NCBI GenBank assembly: GCA_018303845.1
Contig: JAGVXH010000004.1
Location: 69,165-133,164, forward strand
Length of the DNA: 64,000 bases
Direction of reading: 5' to 3'
Origin: Candidatus Pacearchaeota archaeon
Lineage (GTDB): Archaea; Nanobdellota; Nanobdellia; Pacearchaeales; GW2011-AR1
Part shown: positions 54,230-62,842 of the stretch, one piece after another
How the letters are laid out: each line of letters opens with the position of its first letter
Numbering within the stretch: position 1 is the first letter of the stretch
Position numbers and translations under genes: made by a program
The notes under the pieces: generated by a model
What the model was told of the DNA's origin: nothing
Databases searched by the model: none
Seen by the model: the letters and a program-made list of their open reading frames with translations, nothing else

Positions 54230-55768
54230 TTATTTTTTGAGCCTTTCCGAAGACTTAGTCTTCGAGTCATCAGGAGTCTTCGACTCCGCCGGCTTCATCA
54301 AAGGAAAAGCTACACATTCTCTAGCTGGCTTTCCCATAAAAAACGCGAACAACCTTTCCGAAACCCCAAACCCACAAGCCGGAGGCATCCCATATTTCAA
54401 CGCTTCAACAAACTCTTCATCGTGGTCCATTGCCTCCTCATCCCCCTTCTCGCCCAACTTAGCCTGTTCAATAAACCGCGCCTCCTGGTCCATCGGGTCA
54501 TTCAATTCACTATACCCATTCCCGCACTCACTTCCAGCCAAAATAATCTGAAACCTCTCAACCTTTCTGCTATCTTCTTTACTAGTTTTAGACAAAGGAG
54601 AAAGCTCAATTGGATGCCCAACCAAAAACCCAGGACCAGATAATTTCTTTCGACAAAACTTCCAAAGCGTGTCTGCAAGTCGCCACTTGTCAACTTTGGC
54701 GTCATGTTCCATATTAAGTTCAATTAACTTCCCAACAATATCTTCTTTTGAAGCCGCAAAAACATCAACACCAGTTTCCTTCAAAATCGTCTCTGCAAAA
54801 TCATAAACCTCCCACTTCTTTCCCATATCGACCTCATGCCCCTGTGCAGAAAACTTCAAGGACCCAATAGTTGCCATCGCAACCGCCTTATACATTTCCT
54901 CGCACAACTTCATCCCAGCACGAAAATCAACATAACCCCAATAAAACTCCATCTGCGTGTAATCCTGCAAATGTTCCGCGTCCATCCCCTCGTTCCTAAA
55001 CTGCCTTCCAATCTCAAATGTTTTCTCATAACCAGCTACGAGCAACTTTTTCTGCCAAAGTTCCCCCATAGAAATCCTAAGATATACGTCTAAATCCAAA
55101 GCATTATGATGAGTAATAAAAGGATTAGCAGCAGCACCCCCAGCAGAATTTTCTAAGACAGGAGTCTCAACTTCTAAAAAACCTTTCTCTATCAAAAATG
55201 ACCTCATCGAATTCCAAAACCGCGATTTCGCAATAAACATTTTCTTAACATCCTCGTTCATTATTATATCCAAATATCTTTTTCTCAAGCGTTCTTCTTC
55301 GTCTTTTAATCCAGCATACTTATCAGGCAAAGGCAAAACAGCTTTAGTCAAAATATCAATTCTAGAAGCCATAATAGAAATTTCACCACTCTTAGTCTTA
55401 ACAACTTCACCCTCAACACCAACAATATCCCCAGAATCAATATCTTTGAAACTCGACAAAACTTCATCCGACACCTCGCCCTTCTGAACAATAACTTGAA
55501 TAGACCCTTTCAAGTCCTGCACTTCAAAAAAATTCAACTTCCCAAAAGCCCTCTTCCCCATAACTCGTCCGGCAATAACCCTAATCTTTCCAGACTTTTC
55601 CTCTTCCTTCAAATTAGAAAATTTATCTTTAACATCAACAGAATGAATCCTCTTTTCGCTTAAATCAAATCGATGCGCATAAACCTCAATCCCATTTTCC
55701 CGAAGTCCAGCTATCTTCTTAATCCGCTCATCAACAATTTGCTTTTCTCTTCCCTTCAATTCAGCCAT
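54230..55768 (-). CDS. lysS: Lysyl-tRNA synthetase, class II
   Basis: An OB-fold N-domain, FLEVETPVLENSAGGAAANPF and FRNEGMDAEHLQDYTQMEFY. The ATG at 55768 lies 27 nt downstream of ctttataaaatt. Confidence 0.9.
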   Translation of the reverse strand: MAELKGREKQIVDERIKKIAGLRENGIEVYAHRFDLSEKRIHSVDVKDKFSNLKEEEKSGKIRVIAGRVMGKRAFGKLNFFEVQDLKGSIQVIVQKGEVSDEVLSSFKDIDSGDIVGVEGEVVKTKSGEISIMASRIDILTKAVLPLPDKYAGLKDEEERLRKRYLDIIMNEDVKKMFIAKSRFWNSMRSFLIEKGFLEVETPVLENSAGGAAANPFITHHNALDLDVYLRISMGELWQKKLLVAGYEKTFEIGRQFRNEGMDAEHLQDYTQMEFYWGYVDFRAGMKLCEEMYKAVAMATIGSLKFSAQGHEVDMGKKWEVYDFAETILKETGVDVFAASKEDIVGKLIELNMEHDAKVDKWRLADTLWKFCRKKLSGPGFLVGHPIELSPLSKTSKEDSRKVERFQIILAGSECGNGYSELNDPMDQEARFIEQAKLGEKGDEEAMDHDEEFVEALKYGMPPACGFGVSERLFAFFMGKPARECVAFPLMKPAESKTPDDSKTKSSERLKK

Positions 55769-55788
55769 AATCCCTCCAGTAGAATTCA

Positions 55789-55800
55789 CTTTATAAAATT
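55789..55800 (-). promoter_or_regulatory. TATA-like box (ctttataaaatt) for lysS
   Basis: The same 12-mer recurs at 55986-55997. Confidence 0.45.
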
Positions 55801-55966
55801 ACTCAATTAACTCTTCAAGTCTCTCCCCTCTATTCATTTGCTCTTCTTTCAATTCCCTTTTTAACTCTCTAGCAATTTCCGCAAGTCTTTCAGACTCATA
55901 AGCAATACTGTCATCCAAAGTCCTTCCAGCGATGAAATCATCATTTTCAATATATGAATCTTCCAT
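55799..55966 (-). CDS. Hypothetical acidic small protein
   Basis: ORF. The ATG at 55966 lies 25 nt downstream of the TATA-like 12-mer at 55986-55997; the track start at 55981 is too close to that box. Confidence 0.35.
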   Translation of the reverse strand: MEDSYIENDDFIAGRTLDDSIAYESERLAEIARELKRELKEEQMNRGERLEELIE

Positions 55967-55999
55967 GCAAGTCCAACTCATCCAACTTTATAAAATTAT

Positions 56000-56308
56000 T
56001 CAAAACAAAACCGACTTATCCTCATTCAACATAAGATGAAACTCCAACTCACTAATCCTAATAGAATGAATTTTTGCCTCACCATTTCTAGCCGAATTAG
56101 GATTCAAATAACAACCCCCGTCTTCCAAGGCAACAATAAAATTAAGCGGATTCTTTTCAAAGTCATTATCTTTGCAGGCCTCAACTAAATGACTCTTACA
56201 AGAATATGAACTATCCTTCAAGTAATAATTCTCTGCCGCAGTCCCCCCAATTATCTCAACCCTATAATCCGCTCTCCCTCCACATTCTTTACAATCTCTC
56301 ACAATCAT
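56000..56308 (-). CDS. Hypothetical small Cys-containing protein
   Basis: An ORF of 102 aa with an N-terminal CKEC. Confidence 0.4.
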   Translation of the reverse strand: MIVRDCKECGGRADYRVEIIGGTAAENYYLKDSSYSCKSHLVEACKDNDFEKNPLNFIVALEDGGCYLNPNSARNGEAKIHSIRISELEFHLMLNEDKSVLF

Positions 56309-56309
56309 T

Positions 56310-56588
56310 TCAAAACCTCAAAGCTTTAAATTCACTAAAGTCCCCACTCCACTTCTTCTCTTCAACCTTAACTCCACGAATCTGTGCATGTTCAGGTCCC
56401 GTCTTTAAAAATTCATTCAACCTACTTAAAGCTTCAGCCTCGCCCTCCGCAACAATCTCAACAGTCCCATCCTCCAAATTCCTAACAAATCCACGCAACT
56501 TCAACTCATCCGCATGTGTCTTTACAAACTGTCTAAAAAAAATCCCCTGAACAGTTCCCTGGACCACAAATCTCGCCGCCTTCTTCAT
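56310..56588 (-). CDS. acyP: Acylphosphatase
   Basis: VQGTVQGIFFRQFV and GFVRNLEDGTVEIVAEG motifs. Confidence 0.85.
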   Translation of the reverse strand: MKKAARFVVQGTVQGIFFRQFVKTHADELKLRGFVRNLEDGTVEIVAEGEAEALSRLNEFLKTGPEHAQIRGVKVEEKKWSGDFSEFKALRF

Positions 56589-56632
56589 AACACTAAAAAG
56601 TCCCCAATCAATTTAAACCTTCCTATGAAAAT

Positions 56633-57341
56633 TCACTTTTTGATTCTAACAACAAAAAACAAACGATTAGAATTTTTATTTGGTTTATCTAGCTCAAAGC
56701 TATCATATATATCCAAGATTTCAAAATCTTCCTTTCGAAGTGCTAAAATAATTTCTAACTTAGTATACGCTTGCTGAGTATGAATCTCCCGTCCCTTCTT
56801 CCCAAAATCAAATATAGTCTTTGCTATTCTCTTGCCTTTATCATAAATACAAATATGTTTGAATTTAACATCAGAAACTTCTCTGTCATAGGTTCCCTTG
56901 TGTTTAGTTATGTATAAATGCGGAGTATTAAAATCAAAAATAAAAATACCATCTGGATTTAAATGATTTCCAACTTTCTTAAAAGTCTGCTGAACCCGTT
57001 TTATATTTTTCAAGTAATTCAAAGAATCGAATGGACATAGAATCAAGTCAAATTTTCTATCAAGTTTAAGTTTTGACATATCTTGGACATAGAAGTTAGT
57101 TTTAGGAAAATTATTTTTTGCAACTTTAATCATTTCCGGGGAAAGATCTGTCCCGATAGTCCCCAATCCTTTCTTTCCCAGTTCTCCTATCAAATTTCCA
57201 GTTCCACAGGCAATATCAAGAACACTTTTAGGATTCAGCTTGAACTTTTTTTTTCACTGCATTAATTATCTTCAAATATTCTAAACTAAAACTCCCCCAA
57301 TCTTTATTATAAATAAATGCCAATTTTTCATACGACTTCAT
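56633..57341 (-). pseudogene. Class I SAM-dependent methyltransferase interrupted by a frameshift in an A9 homopolymer (T9 on the plus strand at 57236-57244)
   Basis: The upstream frame MKSYEKLAFIYNKDWGSFSLEYLKIINAVKKKVQAES ends at a stop. The shifted frame continues KKFKLNPKSVLDIACGTGNLIGELGKKGLGTIGTDLSPEMIK..., which contains motif I. Confidence 0.7.
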
Positions 57342-57375
57342 AATACTAGAGATGCATTTTGGTATATATAAGTAT

Positions 57376-57456
57376 CCATGAGAAATGCGCGCCAGAGGCG
57401 TGCAATTTTTCATGGAATAATCTAATTTCTAATCTCTAAAATCTATCATCTAGGCG
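57376..57456. repeat. Composite element: GAA-type hairpin (57376-57415), AATAAT, then a period-7 CTA/TAG ladder (57422-57456)
   Basis: CCATGA-GAAA-TGCGCGCC-AGA-GGCGTGCA-ATTT-TTCATGG, then aataat, then ctaattt ctaatct ctaaaat ctatcat ctaggcg. The last CTA is the trmY stop codon. Confidence 0.75.
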
Positions 57457-58046
57457 CAAGAGCGCCTATCCATCTCATTATGCAAAATCGTCGCGACCTG
57501 ACTAGCAAACAAGACTCTAGGTCCAACCGAAACCCCATCAATCTTCTTCAAAAATTTTCGAAAACCCGAAGGAAACCCCTCATGATCTCCAATCAAAAAA
57601 ACCGAATTCTTCCCTTCTCTAAGTTCTAATTTCAAATCTCTAATATCTGTGCCTTTGCCATCAAGCAAAAGCACATCCTTCCCCTCTTTATCCAAATCCA
57701 AAACCAACTTTTCAAAACCTTTCTTCTCAATACTACAACCAGGAACAATTTCCCGAAGCCCCTCTTCATCTTTCGCCTTGTAAAGCATCCTCTTAATCAA
57801 CCCCGCAACATTCTTCTTACTAATCGGCATCTCCTCATTGGACTCAAAAACCAAATGTCGCGGATTATTCGGCCCCCCATCAAAAATCAAATGAAGCTTC
57901 ACATCCTCTCTCATAGCATTAGAAGTAAAAAAACAACTAATAATAAAATTACAAACAATATCCATCCGCCCAGCCTCCATCAAATTATCCCCAATCAAAT
58001 TCCCAGCCGTCACAGCATCCTTAGAATAATAAACAAATTCTCTCAT
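57450..58046 (-). CDS. trmY: tRNA (pseudouridine54-N1)-methyltransferase TrmY, copy 1
   Basis: A SPOUT-family protein of about 200 aa: MREFVYYSKDAVTAGN...GRMDIVCNFIISCFF...FLIGDHEGF. Confidence 0.7.
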   Translation of the reverse strand: MREFVYYSKDAVTAGNLIGDNLMEAGRMDIVCNFIISCFFTSNAMREDVKLHLIFDGGPNNPRHLVFESNEEMPISKKNVAGLIKRMLYKAKDEEGLREIVPGCSIEKKGFEKLVLDLDKEGKDVLLLDGKGTDIRDLKLELREGKNSVFLIGDHEGFPSGFRKFLKKIDGVSVGPRVLFASQVATILHNEMDRRSCA

Positions 58047-58079
58047 AAAATAAAAAAGTTATTCTGGTATAAAAAGTTT

Positions 58080-58153
58080 TCATAAGAAATCATGAGGCGA
58101 AAGCCCGTGATTTTTTGTGAAATTTCTACTCCCTAAAATCTAATCTCTAATCT
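58080..58153. repeat. Composite element: hairpin (58080-58120) plus a period-7 CTA/TAG ladder (58126-58153)
   Basis: CCATAA-GAAA-TCATGAGGC-GAAA-GCCCGTGA-TTTT-TTGTG, then ctactcc ctaaaat ctaatct ctaatct. The last CTA is the stop of trmY copy 2. Confidence 0.7.
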
Positions 58154-58752
58154 CTGGCTTCTCTAACATCCAACTCATTCTGCAAAATCACCAAAGTCTG
58201 AACCGCCAAATACATCTTTTTTCCAAGACTGACTCTTCTGATCCCAGCCTTCTTCAACCATTTCTCTTCGTACTTCGGAAACCCATCCTGATCACCAATC
58301 AAAAAAACAACATTATCCAATCCTTCAATATCCCTAATCCCTTCGCCCTTCTTATCTAACAAAACAACTCGCTCTATCCCAACTTTCTCAATAACTTCAC
58401 GAAGTCCTTTCTTCTCAACAAAAAAATTCGGCAAAACCTCAATTCGTTTATCCTTAACATATCCATCCAAAACTTTCTTCAAAACTCCAGCAACATCTTT
58501 GGCTGCAACATCAATATTATTAGCACTCGGAATCGCAATTTTATGTGGTGCAATTTCAATATACTTCGGATGGTCCGGCGTCCCATTAAAGATTAGATGC
58601 AATCTAACATCATCACGGGAATTATGCGAAACAAAAAAACTATTAATAATAAAATTACAGACGATGTCCATTCGCCCAGCCACCATTAAATCATTCCCAA
58701 TCATCTTGCCACTAGTCACAGCACTCCCAGAATAAAAAATAAATTCCCGCAT
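58147..58752 (-). CDS. trmY: TrmY-family SPOUT methyltransferase, copy 2 (divergent paralogue)
   Basis: MREFIFYSGSAVTSGK...GRMDIVCNFIINSFF...FLIGDQDGF, colinear with copy 1. Confidence 0.65.
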   Translation of the reverse strand: MREFIFYSGSAVTSGKMIGNDLMVAGRMDIVCNFIINSFFVSHNSRDDVRLHLIFNGTPDHPKYIEIAPHKIAIPSANNIDVAAKDVAGVLKKVLDGYVKDKRIEVLPNFFVEKKGLREVIEKVGIERVVLLDKKGEGIRDIEGLDNVVFLIGDQDGFPKYEEKWLKKAGIRRVSLGKKMYLAVQTLVILQNELDVREARD

Positions 58753-58807
58753 AAAAAATAAAACTTAATCCAATATTAAAACTTATCCACAAGAAATTAT
58801 AGAGCTT

Positions 58808-60262
58808 CTAACTACTCTCACTATTCCTTAATTTTTTCTTCCCAAAAAATTCAATCGCTCGAACCAACTCTTTGTGCGTCTTAGCGTAATCTTCAATAGA
58901 CTTCTTTTTCTGATAAGCTTCTAGTGCTTGAACTAGGGCCGTCGCTCCAGCCCGTGTCCCATCAGGATGCGCATGACAACCAGCACCCATCGTAGTAATA
59001 AAGTCCGTAGTGCCAGCAACATCAATAAAAGCCTTTAATAAAGTAGGATTAAGCCCGCCAGAAATAATCGGAGCACACTTCTTAATGCCTCTCCAAGAAT
59101 CGTCGCTTAAAATAACATGATGCAAAGAATCCTCCCGAACCAACTTCAAAACATCCTTATCTTTTCCCGGAACCTTAGCCCAAGACTGCTCAAAGAAATG
59201 CCCCTTAGCAACCAAGTCCAAAATCCCCTTCGCCGCAACAATGTCTTCTTCGGGTGTTCCAGCCATCTTCCCAACTCCAGCAGTCCCAGTATGAATCCCA
59301 GAAGCTCCACTCAGCCGAGCAAATTTACTCAAAACCAAAACGGAAAAACCAATCGGATTTTCAGGCCGAGTAAACGCCCCATGCATCGCTCGATGAAAAT
59401 GAATGAACACATCAGGATATTTCCTTCGAAGAGTTTGCACAGCCATCCATCCAGCAGTCAACCCATCAATTAAAAATGCATAACTCCCGGGCTCAAAACC
59501 AGCCCCACGAATCATCTCACATCGCTCAATCATCGTATCAAAATCCGCAGCCGAAACATTAAACGAATGAACCTTTTTTTTCCCAGTCTCACGAACCGCC
59601 TTATCCATCGCCTCTTTAACATGCAAAACCATTTTATCATAAGGACAAAAATCTTGATTGGCTTGAGGCTCATCATTCTTTACAAAGTCTCCACCACCAA
59701 CCCAAAAATCATAACAAACTTCAGCATATTCAGCAGAAGTGAGACCCATCTTGGGCTTAACAATCGTGCCAAGCACAGGCCGACCTTTAATCCCCAAATA
59801 TTTTTTCATATCATCAAGTGTATAACTAGGTCCGTCATACTGTTCAAGCATAGCAGAAGGAAACCAAATATCAAGCAACTTCAAAGCACTAATTTGTTTC
59901 ATCCCCAAAACATTCCCAACAACATAAGTCAAAATATTTTGAACATTCCCGCCTCGATCAAACAATCTCCAAGGATAAGCAATCCAAACCAATTCTTTCT
60001 TGTAATCAACCTGATAAACAAGCGCGTCCATCTCATGCGAAAAATCAGTTTCAGTCTGAACCGTAAAATTAGTCCCAGTAGAACTTTCCGCCGCAATCTC
60101 CGCAGCCGCTTGCAAAGTATTCAGTCCCTTTCCCGGAACAAAATGAAAAACGCAAAGCATATACTCCCCATTTTTAGGATTCTTCAATTCAAAATTAGTA
60201 TAACGCAACTGCTTAGCATTCAAACTCTTCAATTCGTCCTGCAGCTTCTTAGGCATCACCAT
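58808..60262 (-). CDS. rbcL: RuBisCO large subunit, form III or II/III-like
   Basis: GTIVKPKMGL, GGGDFVKNDEPQ (the carbamylated-Lys region), HFHRAMHGAF and SGGLNP motifs. No small-subunit gene is present. Confidence 0.85.
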   Translation of the reverse strand: MVMPKKLQDELKSLNAKQLRYTNFELKNPKNGEYMLCVFHFVPGKGLNTLQAAAEIAAESSTGTNFTVQTETDFSHEMDALVYQVDYKKELVWIAYPWRLFDRGGNVQNILTYVVGNVLGMKQISALKLLDIWFPSAMLEQYDGPSYTLDDMKKYLGIKGRPVLGTIVKPKMGLTSAEYAEVCYDFWVGGGDFVKNDEPQANQDFCPYDKMVLHVKEAMDKAVRETGKKKVHSFNVSAADFDTMIERCEMIRGAGFEPGSYAFLIDGLTAGWMAVQTLRRKYPDVFIHFHRAMHGAFTRPENPIGFSVLVLSKFARLSGASGIHTGTAGVGKMAGTPEEDIVAAKGILDLVAKGHFFEQSWAKVPGKDKDVLKLVREDSLHHVILSDDSWRGIKKCAPIISGGLNPTLLKAFIDVAGTTDFITTMGAGCHAHPDGTRAGATALVQALEAYQKKKSIEDYAKTHKELVRAIEFFGKKKLRNSESS

Positions 60263-60332
60263 CTCAATATGTTAAATAAAATACCTTTTTATATTATTCC
60301 CCATGTAAATCATAAGTCCTCTCACAAAGTTC

Positions 60333-61502
60333 TCATAGCTTACTAGCTCTCTCAACAAAACTAACTCGATACTTTCCTCTCTCACTATTCCATGCAATAA
60401 TTTTATTCAGACCCAAAGCCAAGAATCCAAAGCCAAGAACATACAAAATCCCAGACAACGCAATCTCAGGAAAATTAGTAGGACCTAAATATTTTATAAT
60501 ACCACTAATAACTCCAACTCCGACGAGGAATTGTATGGAGCTAATCCCTTTCCCACGAATCCCCTTTTCGGCATCTTCCAAAACCCGAATCGCCGAATTC
60601 ACATAATCAAGCGTCATCGCCCAAACTTCCTTAATGTATTCAAGCGTATTAAACAAATCCTCAAACCGATACTGAAACAAATCATTTAAACTATCATCAA
60701 TTTTAACTTTCTTAGAAATATCTCGCCGCGTCCGTGCATAATTATTCATCTGATTAATTCTATTTCTAATTAACTGCACAGTCTTCTGATAGCTATCAAG
60801 TCTAGCCTTATACTCTCCAATATCTTTTCCTCTAACAAATTCTTTCTTTCCAATCGCATCAATCTCTTCCCAAATCTTCCGATGAATATCAAGATACTTA
60901 TGCAATTGCAACTTAAAATCACTAAAAAAAATCTGCATCTCCGTCAAAGTCGCTAATTCTTTTTTCTTCCCACTAGAAACATCAACAACAATATTATCCC
61001 TCGTCTTAGAAACCTTGATATCTCTAGACTGCGTCTCCAAATAAACCTCACCAAATTCAACTCCAACTTTAGATTTACTAACATCTTCGACAACCCTCTC
61101 AATTATAAACGGATGAATCTCTTTCATATTAGACAAAATCTTCGGAGTTGGCGCGCCCAAAGAAAACAAATAATTAATAGCAGGCGAAAACTTGTCATGA
61201 AAATAATTTTCAATTTCTTTTTTAGTCTTAGAAATATCAACACTTTCCTTGGACAAAACATAAAGCCCATCCTCAAAATACTTCAGCCTAACACCACTTT
61301 TGGTTTCAATTTCAAGATATTCCAAATGCCCAACAATCCGATTCACTGAAGTCAGTCCCAATCCAGTCCGCAAACTTTTCAACTTTTCTTTATCCAAATC
61401 CAATTCACTAGTCCCATGCAACAAAAACCGATGTACTTCACTCAAATGAAGCGTAGTTCTTTGATACCAACCGCCAAAAACAACCCTAACTTTATTCACC
61501 AT
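60333..61502 (-). CDS. Hypothetical protein with soluble N-domain, coiled coil and two C-terminal TM helices (CorA-like topology)
   Basis: The C-terminus reads FLVGVGVISGIIKYLGPTNFPEIALSGILYVLGFGFLALGL. GPTNF sits where CorA proteins carry GMN, so the assignment is speculative. Confidence 0.35.
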   Translation of the reverse strand: MVNKVRVVFGGWYQRTTLHLSEVHRFLLHGTSELDLDKEKLKSLRTGLGLTSVNRIVGHLEYLEIETKSGVRLKYFEDGLYVLSKESVDISKTKKEIENYFHDKFSPAINYLFSLGAPTPKILSNMKEIHPFIIERVVEDVSKSKVGVEFGEVYLETQSRDIKVSKTRDNIVVDVSSGKKKELATLTEMQIFFSDFKLQLHKYLDIHRKIWEEIDAIGKKEFVRGKDIGEYKARLDSYQKTVQLIRNRINQMNNYARTRRDISKKVKIDDSLNDLFQYRFEDLFNTLEYIKEVWAMTLDYVNSAIRVLEDAEKGIRGKGISSIQFLVGVGVISGIIKYLGPTNFPEIALSGILYVLGFGFLALGLNKIIAWNSERGKYRVSFVERASKL

Positions 61503-61591
61503 CTTAAATAAGTCATAATAACATTTACTTTTTATATGTTACCCAAGCAAAATCCGTATTCATACGTGGACAAATTTTTCTTTCAAAAAAT

Positions 61592-62020
61592 CTAAACTTT
61601 CACCCTCTCGATATCCCCAACAATTAACCAATCATCCATATTCCCAAATTCGCTTTTATCTATTTCAAAAGGTTTAACTTCTTTAACTTTTCCAACCCCA
61701 ATTAAAACCAAATATCTTTTTCCGCCCCACTTCTTTTTCTGAGCATCGCTTAAAGCCAACTCTTCCATATTATCCTCGACCAAAGCAAAAGATTCAATCT
61801 CGCTGAGTTCCTCAGAATTAAAAACAGAAGTCACCCGCCCCCAAGCCCTAATCAAGCCCTCTCCATTATTCCGAATAAAGTAAAGCCCATCTCCAACATC
61901 AACTCGACCATAAGGCAACTTTCTTCCAGTTGCCCCACGAATAATCATACTCTTTTCTCCTGAAACCAAGGCCTCCATCTCTAATGCCTTAGCGTCTACG
62001 TAAACTACATGATCAGTCAT
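61592..62020 (-). CDS. ASCH/PUA-like domain protein
   Basis: SGEKSMIIRGATGRKLPYGRVDVGDGLYF is a pattern typical of ASCH folds. Confidence 0.45.
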   Translation of the reverse strand: MTDHVVYVDAKALEMEALVSGEKSMIIRGATGRKLPYGRVDVGDGLYFIRNNGEGLIRAWGRVTSVFNSEELSEIESFALVEDNMEELALSDAQKKKWGGKRYLVLIGVGKVKEVKPFEIDKSEFGNMDDWLIVGDIERVKV

Positions 62021-62087
62021 TCCAAAGAAAGCTAATAATTATTTTTATATTTAACGATTTTCCAAAATCTAAGCAATCAATTCTCCC

Positions 62088-62738
62088 TCACCGACTTTTC
62101 AAAACCCCAACCCTATCACAAAATTCCGCAACCGGACACTCCGAACACTTCGGTGAAACAGGCAAACAAATCTCCCGCCCAAACTGAACAAAGGCACTAT
62201 TAAACTCCTTCCAAAACCTTTTAGGCAAAATCTCCATCAACTTCTTCTCCGTCTCTTCCGGTGTCTTAGTCTTAATCCATCCAAGCCGATTCGGAATCCG
62301 ATGACAATGAATATCAATCGGCAAAACAGCTTTCCCAAAAGCAAACGCTAAAACAATATTCGCGGTCTTCGGTCCAACATGTTTAATCGAAATTAACTCA
62401 TCATAATTCTGTGGAACAACCGAATCAAACCGCGCAATCAAATCCTTCGACACTTCCTTCAACGCAACGGCCTTCTTATTAAAATGTCCACTTCGAAAAA
62501 TAATCCTCTTCAATTCTTTCATGTCCAAATCTACAATCGCCTTCGGAGTATTAGCGACAGCAAATAAATCCCTCGAAATAACATCCGTCACTTCATCCCG
62601 AGCCCGAAGAGAAAGCAAACAAGAAATCAAAATCTCAAACGGCGTAGCATTTCCTCGCATAGTGTTTAGTGTAGTAGTGCTCCGCGGATATTTTTTAGAA
62701 AGAATATTCATAGTCCGAATAATATCAATTTTACTCAT
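62088..62738 (-). CDS. nth: Endonuclease III (HhH-GPD DNA glycosylase with 4Fe-4S cluster)
   Basis: SCLLSLRARDEV, the HhH motif IKHVGPKTANIVL, and the cluster CLPVSPKCSECPVAEFC. Confidence 0.85.
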   Translation of the reverse strand: MSKIDIIRTMNILSKKYPRSTTTLNTMRGNATPFEILISCLLSLRARDEVTDVISRDLFAVANTPKAIVDLDMKELKRIIFRSGHFNKKAVALKEVSKDLIARFDSVVPQNYDELISIKHVGPKTANIVLAFAFGKAVLPIDIHCHRIPNRLGWIKTKTPEETEKKLMEILPKRFWKEFNSAFVQFGREICLPVSPKCSECPVAEFCDRVGVLKSR

Positions 62739-62842
62739 ATAACACTAAAGAACAATCAAGTCTTAAATCTTTAGCCGCCAAGCCCCCAGCGAAACTGAGC
62801 TTTTCTATTGATGAAGTCAATGAGCCTTTCCGTATCAACGAG

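Noticed and set aside
57422-57456. Interpreting the TAG ladders as evidence for stop-codon reassignment
   Set aside because: Conserved proteins in the window translate full-length under the standard code. Genes end in TAA, TAG and TGA alike, and I saw no in-frame stops inside conserved domains.
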